A stretch of 33,693 nt of DNA, from positions 1-33,693 of IMG/VR virus record IMGVR_UViG_3300032328_000613. One strand, given 5' to 3'. Below, in pieces: positions 1 through 7,900 of the stretch. The notes beneath the pieces were generated by a model. The model made no database searches. It was not told the origin of the DNA and was given only the letters and a program-made list of their open reading frames with translations. Origin of the DNA: a virus. Lineage: Duplodnaviria; Caudoviricetes. Each line of letters begins with the position of its first letter. Position 1 is the first letter of the stretch. The translations under genes and the position numbers were made by a program.

Positions 1-2
1 AC

Positions 3-83
3 AGCATGTTGCGCAACAACATAGAAAACCACATGAAAATAATTGATCTGTACCGACAAGAAATTTCTTCTGAAGTAGCTTGA
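3..83 (+). CDS. 3' end of an upstream gene, probably an SNF2-like phage helicase (partial)
   Basis: Frame 3 is open from the window edge: SMLRNNIENHMKIIDLYRQEISSEVA*, TGA at 81-83. The ..KIIDLYRQE ending resembles C-termini of phage SNF2-type helicases as I recall them; only 26 aa are visible. Confidence 0.45.
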   Translation, partial: SMLRNNIENHMKIIDLYRQEISSEVA

Positions 84-107
84 CAATGTACAACACTGTG
101 GTAAACT
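80..107 (+). promoter_or_regulatory. sigma70-type promoter for the replication operon
   Basis: Perfect TTGACA (80-85), 16-bp spacer, extended -10 TG-n-TAAACT (99-107). SD GGAG at 127-130 precedes ATG 136. Confidence 0.7.
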
Positions 108-135
108 AACTTTCCCGCAAACAATTGGAGTTTAT

Positions 136-561
136 ATGAGCGATGAGAAGCAAGAGGATAAGTCCCTCCAAAAGATGGACAACATGGTTAGAGCGTACAT
201 CCGCATCAGGGATAGACGCGCAGAAAACAAGAAGCTATTTGAGGAACAAGACAGCGACCTCGAATCACAAATGCAGTTGATATCCGACGAGATGCTCAAC
301 CTGTGTAAAAAAATTAATGCCGACAGCATTAAAACAAAGTATGGCACGATCATGCGTTCAGTTAAGTCACGGTACTGGACGAATGATTGGGATTCAATGT
401 ACGACTTCATAGAGGAGACCGGTGCATTTGGCCTACTAGAGAAACGACTTCATCAAACAAACATGAAAGACTTTCTTGCAGAGAATCCCGATTTGCTCCC
501 CAAGGGTTTGAACGTGGAGAGCGAGTACACCGTGTTAGTTAGACGTTCCAAGGAAACATGA
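136..561 (+). CDS. conserved phage protein, N-terminal coiled coil (Gam/Gp157-like architecture, function unknown)
   Basis: 141 aa, good SD. Coiled coil followed by SIKTKYGT...DWDSMYDFI...LLEKRL...LPKGLN, a pattern typical of phage replication modules. Confidence 0.7.
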   Translation: MSDEKQEDKSLQKMDNMVRAYIRIRDRRAENKKLFEEQDSDLESQMQLISDEMLNLCKKINADSIKTKYGTIMRSVKSRYWTNDWDSMYDFIEETGAFGLLEKRLHQTNMKDFLAENPDLLPKGLNVESEYTVLVRRSKET

Positions 562-740
562 ACATGAATGAAATCGAGATGAGCCCCCAAGAGACAAACT
601 ACGACATTGAAAGAGTTTGCAACAAGAGTCTGGCAGTGCGTTACGCGTTGCGTTACTTTGAAATTTTCCCCACAGAAGACCACAATCTTTTGGAAGCGGC
701 TGGAAGTATTTACGAATTTATCACTGGAGAGAAAGCATGA
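558..740 (+). CDS. hypothetical protein
   Basis: 60 aa, ATGA overlaps with both neighbours, AAGGA SD upstream. Confidence 0.7.
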   Translation: MNMNEIEMSPQETNYDIERVCNKSLAVRYALRYFEIFPTEDHNLLEAAGSIYEFITGEKA

Positions 741-1621
741 GCAACATTAAAGTTTTTAACGAGGAGTTACCCGACTTCCTGCGTAACGCAGGGGTTAGTG
801 CCCTTACAAAGCAACTCGCTGGCGGTGGCGGTGTATCCGTTAAACGCATTGTCCCCAAGAACGGTATCTTCCGTAAGGTGGTTAACGGCGAAGAAATGGG
901 CAAACTCAAGGGCGACTTGAACGTTGTGGTTGTTGGTGCGTCCCCTAAAGTGGGTCGTATTTTTTACGCCAAGCAGTGGAGTCCTGACGCAGAGCCAACC
1001 GCGCCCGACTGTTTTTCTAACAACGGTCAAACCCCCGACGAAGGCGCATCCAACCCTCAGTCCAGCCGTTGCGACGACTGCAAACAAAACATCAAGGGTT
1101 CGGGCATGAACAACTCTAAAGCTTGCCGGTACTCTCGCCGACTGGCTGTTGTTTTGGAACAAGATTTTGACACCGCGCTGGAAGGTTCCGTGTACCAGAT
1201 CAACTTGTCTTCTAAGTCTTTGTTTGGCGTGAGCCCCGCAGAGAACGTCCACATGTTTGAAAACTACTCTAAGTACTTGGCCAACAACGGCAAGAGCTTG
1301 GACTACACAGTTACCCAACTCAGTTTCAACGAGGACAACGACAACCAATCTTTGTTGTTTACACCCCTGCGCCACATCAACAAGATGGAATACGACGTTA
1401 CATCTAAGGCAAGCGCGGACGCAAACACCCAGAAAATGGTGGTTATGACGCCTTACCAAGCAGATGTGAGCGGTAAAGCCCCGAAGCTGGAAGCGCCTAA
1501 AGTCGCGGTTGAAGAGGTCGCCGACGCAGAACCAAAGAAGCGTGAGTCTAAAAAGGTTGCCGAGCCTGTTGCAAAAGAGGATTTGGATTCTGTGCTGAAC
1601 GCATGGACAACCGGAGATTAA
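737..1621 (+). CDS. putative ssDNA-binding/annealing protein with Cys cluster and charged flexible tail
   Basis: 294 aa. PDCFS...CDDCKQN..GS...KACR gives 4 Cys. Low-complexity E/K/P-rich C-terminus ending EDLDSVLNAWTTGD. Lies in the replication module; function is inferred. Confidence 0.6.
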   Translation: MSNIKVFNEELPDFLRNAGVSALTKQLAGGGGVSVKRIVPKNGIFRKVVNGEEMGKLKGDLNVVVVGASPKVGRIFYAKQWSPDAEPTAPDCFSNNGQTPDEGASNPQSSRCDDCKQNIKGSGMNNSKACRYSRRLAVVLEQDFDTALEGSVYQINLSSKSLFGVSPAENVHMFENYSKYLANNGKSLDYTVTQLSFNEDNDNQSLLFTPLRHINKMEYDVTSKASADANTQKMVVMTPYQADVSGKAPKLEAPKVAVEEVADAEPKKRESKKVAEPVAKEDLDSVLNAWTTGD

Positions 1622-1622
1622 T

Positions 1623-1862
1623 ATGACCTATGGTTACAGCCACAATTTGGTTGAAGCAAACAAAACTGCTGATTCCGAATCTTTGGGCGTAGCTTTTGGT
1701 CGTATGTGCATTGAGTTAGGGATTCCTGCTACTCGCGTAGCGGAGGAATTGGGAGTGAGCCGCATGACGGTTTACAACTGGTTTTGGGGTGAGAGCACCC
1801 CGTCCCGCAATAACTCAGAGCAAATCAAATTGTTCATGGCCCGCTACAAAGAACAGAAATAA
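1623..1862 (+). CDS. HTH (Cro/XRE-like) DNA-binding protein
   Basis: 79 aa. ATRVAEELGVSRMTVYNWFWG is a classic helix-turn-helix. Confidence 0.85.
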   Translation: MTYGYSHNLVEANKTADSESLGVAFGRMCIELGIPATRVAEELGVSRMTVYNWFWGESTPSRNNSEQIKLFMARYKEQK

Positions 1863-1864
1863 CA

Positions 1865-4714
1865 ATGTCATCATTTGACCTGCTGGACGCAGTGCTACCC
1901 TCAACCGGTAGATACTGTGTGGTAGGAATTGGTAGCTACGTAGACCAACGGTTTGCAGACACAAGGGAACAAGCAGAAACAATCATCCAAGAGTTTAGGG
2001 ACAAGGAAACCAATGTTTATTTTGGTTGCTCTAAATTTGGGCAAGACAACAATCGCACTCAGAGTAACGTAACTGCTATTAGAGCGCTGTGGTTGGATAT
2101 TGATTGTGGCCCCACGAAGGGTGTACCTAACTCGGACGGAAAGATCGAGGGGTATATTGACCAGCGTACGGGATTGCTTGAGCTTCAAAAGTTTTGCAAG
2201 GCAGTCGGCTTACCTGTACCAATCCTAATAAACTCCGGAAACGGAATACACGCATACTGGCTTCTTGAAGAAACGCTGGGTAGAAAAGAGTGGAAACCAC
2301 TTGCCCAACGCCTCAAGGACTTGTGTGTGGAACGCGGCCTTATCGTAGACCCGTCGGTCTTTGAAGAGTCGAGGATATTGCGTGTCCCTGATTCTTTAAA
2401 CATAAAGCCAAACAAACCAGTCACCACGGTTTCTGTTATGAACCCCAACACCACGCGCATGACATGTGCGCGGGTGAAAGAAATATTGGGCGTGGCAGAA
2501 GAACCCAAGGAACCTGATTTTGCGCCGCCATCGTTGAGCCCAATGATGCTCGCTTTACTTGAGAATAAAGTAAAGAAATTTGAAACCATCCTTACAAAAT
2601 CCGAAAAGGGTGAGGGATGCGCACAACTGCTTTACTGCAAGAACAACCAGAACGAGGTATCAGAACCGCTGTGGTTTTCTGCCTTGTCGATTGCCGCCTT
2701 TTGCTCCGATGGGGACAGATACGCGCATGAGATATCCAAGGAATACACAGAGTACAACGAGAACGAAGTATGGCAAAAACTCAGGAATCTCAGGAAAAAC
2801 GGTGGCCCACATAGCTGTGCCGTGTTTGAACGCGAGAACCCCAAGGGTTGTGAAGGGTGCCCCCACAAGGGCAAGATAAAGTCTCCAGTGGTGCTTGGCA
2901 TTGAGATCGCCGAGGCTAAAGAAGAAGACAACGTGGTGGTCGTGGAGAACAACAACTCTGCGGTGAAGGTGGTGATACCGGAATATCCTTTCCCATTTGT
3001 GAGGGGTAAGAAGGGTGGCATCTACAAAAGACCCGCGAAAGAGGAAGAAGAAGTAGAGCCGGTATTGGTCTATGAACACGATTTGTATGTAGTCAAACGC
3101 ATGCGTGATCCCGGCGCGGGGGAAGTGGCGTTGTTTAGATTGCATTTACCGCATGACGGTATGAAGGAATTTGCGATTAGCACTGCTGTTATTTCTTCGG
3201 AAGATGAACTGAAACGGCAACTAGCGCAACAAGGGGTTGTGGCACACAAGAGTCAGTACAAACATTTGGCTACCTATGTGGTCATGGCGATCAAAAATTT
3301 ACAGTACGAGAAAAGGGCAGACATCATGAGAACACAGTTTGGATGGACAGATAACGATAGCAAATTTATTTTTGGCGACAAAGAGATCACCAAGGACGGT
3401 ACGTTCTATTCTCCACCGTCGGCGGACACAAAGCTTATTGCGGAAAAGATTCACGTCAAAGGTTCGTTTGATGAGTGGAAACGAGCTTTTAATATGTACG
3501 CAAGGCCGGGTCTTGAGCCACACGCGTTTGGTGCTTTGACTGCGTTCGGTGCGTTGCTGTTTAAGTTTACAGGTCTAGACGGCGCGATCATTAACGTCAT
3601 TCACCCCGACTCAGGCACGGGTAAGTCAACAATCCTGCGCATGTGCAATAGTGTATACGGTTCACCAAAAGAGTTGATGGCAATTGAAAAAGACACGATG
3701 AACGCAAAGATGCTCCGTCTTGGTGTCATGAATAACTTGGCGCTCACGATTGATGAGGTCACGAACATGAAGACTACAGACTTCTCTGACTTCGCGTATG
3801 GTGTGACTCATGGGCGCGGCAAAGACCGAGTGAAGGCTTCCGAGAACGCGATGCGTATCAACAACACGACATGGCAGAATTTAACTCTGGCGTCGGCGAA
3901 CGCTAGCTTCTATGAAAAACTGTCGGCGCTCAAGAAGTCCCCGGACGGCGAGAACATGCGGGTATTTGAATATGAGATTGAACCCAATGAGATCATCAGT
4001 GTCGCCGAGGGTAAAGAAATATTTGACCACGTGTTAAATGAAAACTATGGACATGCCGGAGAGATATTCATTTCCTATCTGGTTAACAACTTGGAAGGCA
4101 GTATTGCCCTGCTTAAAAAGGTACAGGCCCGAATTGACAGGGACACGCAAATCTCCGCAAAGGAACGGTATTGGTCTTCGATTGGCGCATGTAACATTGC
4201 CGCCGGTTTGATTGCCAAGAACTTAGGTCTGCACGAATACGACATGCCCGCTATATATGGCTGGCTTACAAACCGCGTGAAGACTACCCGCATAGAAGTA
4301 AAGCGCCCAGAGATCACTCCCGACTCAGCTATTGGCGAATTCATGAACGCCCATATACAGAACATTTTGGTTGTGAACGGCGACGTTGATTCTCGTAGTG
4401 GTTTGTCGGCTTTACCATTACAGGAACCCCGTGGTGAATTGTTGGGGCGTTATGAGCCGGATACAAAGCAGGTGTACATTCCAGCGGCGCAGTTCAAAGA
4501 GTTCTGCGTAAAGTCCCAAACCCATTACAACGGGTTGCTAAAGCAGCTTACTACTATGGGGATATACAAAGGGCCGGTCAACAAACGTATATCCAAAGGT
4601 ATGAAAGTTGTTACCCCTGTGGTACGTGCGTTGCACTTTGATGTGTCAAACGTAGATTCTTTGCATTTTGATTTACCCGAAAATGATAATAGAGAACCTG
4701 ATGTACAGCCTTAA
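1865..4714 (+). CDS. primase-helicase: RepB-like AEP primase + Cys-rich (PriL-like) domain + DUF927/P-loop helicase
   Basis: 949 aa. AEP motifs WLDID, SGNGIHAYW, RILRVP. Cys set GCAQL..AFC..HSC..GCEGC. QFGW (DUF927-like). Walker A SGTGKST, Walker B LTIDE. Confidence 0.85.
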   Translation: MSSFDLLDAVLPSTGRYCVVGIGSYVDQRFADTREQAETIIQEFRDKETNVYFGCSKFGQDNNRTQSNVTAIRALWLDIDCGPTKGVPNSDGKIEGYIDQRTGLLELQKFCKAVGLPVPILINSGNGIHAYWLLEETLGRKEWKPLAQRLKDLCVERGLIVDPSVFEESRILRVPDSLNIKPNKPVTTVSVMNPNTTRMTCARVKEILGVAEEPKEPDFAPPSLSPMMLALLENKVKKFETILTKSEKGEGCAQLLYCKNNQNEVSEPLWFSALSIAAFCSDGDRYAHEISKEYTEYNENEVWQKLRNLRKNGGPHSCAVFERENPKGCEGCPHKGKIKSPVVLGIEIAEAKEEDNVVVVENNNSAVKVVIPEYPFPFVRGKKGGIYKRPAKEEEEVEPVLVYEHDLYVVKRMRDPGAGEVALFRLHLPHDGMKEFAISTAVISSEDELKRQLAQQGVVAHKSQYKHLATYVVMAIKNLQYEKRADIMRTQFGWTDNDSKFIFGDKEITKDGTFYSPPSADTKLIAEKIHVKGSFDEWKRAFNMYARPGLEPHAFGALTAFGALLFKFTGLDGAIINVIHPDSGTGKSTILRMCNSVYGSPKELMAIEKDTMNAKMLRLGVMNNLALTIDEVTNMKTTDFSDFAYGVTHGRGKDRVKASENAMRINNTTWQNLTLASANASFYEKLSALKKSPDGENMRVFEYEIEPNEIISVAEGKEIFDHVLNENYGHAGEIFISYLVNNLEGSIALLKKVQARIDRDTQISAKERYWSSIGACNIAAGLIAKNLGLHEYDMPAIYGWLTNRVKTTRIEVKRPEITPDSAIGEFMNAHIQNILVVNGDVDSRSGLSALPLQEPRGELLGRYEPDTKQVYIPAAQFKEFCVKSQTHYNGLLKQLTTMGIYKGPVNKRISKGMKVVTPVVRALHFDVSNVDSLHFDLPENDNREPDVQP

Positions 4715-4877
4715 TTGGGAGAAGTTTCGGGTGGGGCAATCTTTCTTTGTCCCCTGTATCGACCATGTGGCCGCAAGAGGCATGCTTAAAAGAATAACCC
4801 GCCGACTGCGTACAAAAGTTGAGACCAAAGTGGTGGTAGAAGACGGTATAAAAGGGTTGCGTGTCTGGAGGGTTTGA
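4683..4877 (+). CDS. small conserved phage protein (possible DNA-binding)
   Basis: ATG at 4683 preferred over TTG 4668. WEKFRVGQSFFVPC...GLRVWRV is a common small phage-protein pattern. Overlaps the primase 3' end. Confidence 0.7.
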   Translation: MIIENLMYSLNWEKFRVGQSFFVPCIDHVAARGMLKRITRRLRTKVETKVVVEDGIKGLRVWRV

Positions 4878-4885
4878 GGTAAAAT
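4857..4885 (+). promoter_or_regulatory. putative sigma70 promoter firing into the intergenic region
   Basis: TTGCGT (4857-4862), 17-bp spacer, TAAAAT (4880-4885). No downstream + strand ORF before the terminator. Confidence 0.5.
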
Positions 4886-4890
4886 ACTTG

Positions 4891-4965
4891 GGCTAGTAAG
4901 CAGTTGCTAGCTACTCCTTGCAGGGCATGTGCCCTTTTATACCCCGCCTAGTGCGGGGTTTTTTT
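4891..4965 (+). ncRNA. candidate ~75-nt small RNA with three stem-loops and an anti-SD motif
   Basis: Bounded by the promoter above and the terminator below. Hairpins at 4892-4911, 4922-4935 and 4941-4959, with unpaired ACTCCTTGC between the first two. Confidence 0.4.
4941..4965 (+). terminator. Rho-independent terminator
   Basis: ACCCCGC-CTAGT-GCGGGGT stem-loop followed by a T run to 4965, at the convergence of the two arms. Confidence 0.9.
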
Positions 4966-7900
4966 ATTTCTTACCAAACTCTTTATCCATTTGCTCAATG
5001 ATCCTATCGTATTGCCCTTCAAAATTTTTGTCATAGGGTATACCTTTTTGAGCATACCTCAATGCCTTCTCGCGTCTTTGCCTAGATTGCATTATGGTCT
5101 CGTCGCTAATGTCGTTAGTAGGGTACTGCGCGTTGAATTTATCAATTTCTTTCATTACTTGGTTGTAATCGTTACTTCGCTCGCTTTCTTCGGCTCTGCT
5201 AAGTTTGTCTATCAATTCATTTCTTTTGCGCGTAACCGCTATCTTGCCGCCTTGGAATGTGTTAATAGCTTCTCTTCGCGCAACTAATTCTGTTGAAGCA
5301 AACCCAAGCATTTGCATAAACAACTGCCCTTGAGTAAAGTCCTTAGCTTCTATAATTGGTAATCTATTTGAAGTAGTAGCGCCTTCTCTTTCGTATCTTT
5401 CGGCAGTAAAGGCACCCTTTACAAACGCGGGCATTAGTGTTTCCATACCCCGCATGATTTCACCCTTATCAAAGAAGTCAAGCGCATCTGGAACAGTTTT
5501 AACCATCAAACTAAATCCCGGTCCCGCAATAGAGGCGAGGTATTCCAGCACAGTTGCTTTCGCGGTGGCTTGTTCACGTACTTCAGGGAACCACATATTT
5601 TGAAACGACAAGCTGCTTGTAATGTCATACCCAGTAGTTTGAGCAATCACTCCTCTATCAAGCACCCCGCCGATTACATCCCCAAAAGTTTCGCGTAACC
5701 ATATGCGACGGAACCATAATTCCCAATCTCTTTGTTCTAGAATTTTTTCTTCGTCATCGTCACCAAGTGCCCCCGCTAAACTATCCATCATCCCTTGTAC
5801 AGCACCCACAGCCATAGCAATACCGGGAACGCCGACGTAGCCCGCTAAGGCTAAAGACATAGACACAGAGCCTACAAGTTTAGTCATAGCCTGCGCTTTA
5901 TCCTTGGCATCCAACCCGCCAAACATACGCCATGCGTTCCGTATAAAGAACGTAGTTGCAAACACGGCAAACATTTTGAATTGCAAAAGGGCTTTACCGG
6001 CGGGTTGATGCGCATTGATAAGCACTTTATTTTGGCCAAATTGAAGCACGCCTCTTGGTCTTTCGTAAGCGCTGTATGCGCCCAAGGCTTCAGTAGTTTC
6101 TTTTTCGGCTAATTCCAAAGCCTTTTCATGCGCGTTGTTAATTCTCCCTATATCTTGCCTGTACAGCCTGTAGGAAGTCATAAAAGTAATTTCACGAATC
6201 ATTCGTTCGGTATGATGGAATAACGCGGTCATTACACTCACTACTGCGCCGCCAATTTTCGCCGTGGTACTTTCAGCCTCTGCGGTAGATATATTTCTGC
6301 GGCCAATCAATTCATAAGTGTTGGTGTTTTCGGTGATACCGCGATCAGCCATATATTTAGCGGCAAGTTTTTCATCCGGCGTGAGTTCCGCACCACCCAC
6401 CATAGACATAGTAGGAAATTCAAACGCCGTAGTTCCGTCTGGGTTTTTCTTTATTTTTACATTTGTAGTAAATACAGCAAGAGATTTAGTCAGCGCCGCC
6501 GCTACTTTAACTGGGTTGAATCCGTGGTTTGCCGTAAGCACCGGGCCTACAAAAACAGGTAAAGACGAAAGTTGTGCTACCGCAGTTTTAGTTGACGTCA
6601 TAAACCACAGATACGAAGAGGTATTAAGAAGATTAACAGCTTTGGTTAAAAGGTCGTCTTCAACCTCGGGGCGTACTTGCATAGTAACGCGCTCGATCAT
6701 CTCGGCATGGAACTCTTTAAGTTTTAATGTGTCTGGATCGCCCTGCAAAGCGTCTTTTGCTAACTCAAGCTCTTTCATAGCCTTGCCGCCGTATTCAATA
6801 CGGGTCAATTGGTTCGCCATGTTTATGCCGTTTGTGACAAAGTTTCGTGCGATGTCACCCGAGAAACCAGCGATGCCTTTACGCATGATGAACTGCTTGC
6901 GGAAGTTTCTATCCGGCAACGTATGCAGGTACATCTGATAGATTTGGTTTTTTAATATCTCCGCGTTTACCACAGATGCCTCGGACACTATGTCACCAAA
7001 ATTATCCGTTACGTGAATAGCCCCGTTGTTGATAGCCGCAAATAGAGTTTTAAGCGTTTCTGTAGACGCCATGTTATCTGAAGTACGAGCACTTTTTAAA
7101 TCATTACCCGCATCCATATCCCCGCTACTCGCTGCCTTTTCCCAAGTAGTGCCTAGTTGTTTAGCGCGTTCTCTTATAAATGTATCGCGGTCTCCTTTGT
7201 TTTCAAACATATGGAATTCGCGCCCCGCGCCCTTGCCGACGCGCACCCAATACTGACCGTAACGCATCAACGGAAAGTAAGGGTACATTGTTTTACCGGT
7301 CTCGTACACCTGTTTAATAGCGGCAATGATTTTGCTCTTTTCGGGTTCTTTTAAGCCCGACTCTTCAATTTGTTTTGTGAGTACGTCGTAATACGCAGTG
7401 TGTTGTTCTATGTAGTGATCGCGTATTTCTTCGTAAAGTTTTTTTGTGTCTGCGTCAAGGCCGCTCCACAGACGCTGCAGCACTTTATCCCCAGCCAGAG
7501 CCTTAGCGTTTGTTGGATCCCGCGACAGCAGTGTGGTGTAGTGCATTATGTCGGCCAACTTCTTGTACTGGTCTGGAAATTTTCTTTTAAGATACAGTAG
7601 CTTGTCAAATTTAGAGAGCATTTGGTTTAAGCGTTTATTTTTTTCTCCCGCCATATCTACCATAAACTTATGCGCCTTGACAATGTGGCTCATACCAAGT
7701 CGTCCTGCCCACTCAACAACAGCGCTGGTTTGTAATGTTGGTAAAAGTTGATGAATAAAATTCTGACCCATGTAAGCAAATTGACTAACGGCGCGATTAA
7801 CAAACTCTGTTTGGTCACGCAGCTTGGTGAGAGTAGACATCTCTCTTAGGTCGTCGGCAAAATTCCCCTTGCCCAACTTCTCTTCTGTCGCCGACGCCCT

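Noticed and set aside
4941-4965. Bidirectional terminator
   Set aside because: On the minus strand the stem is followed by ATAAAAG rather than a U tract, so only + strand termination is supported.
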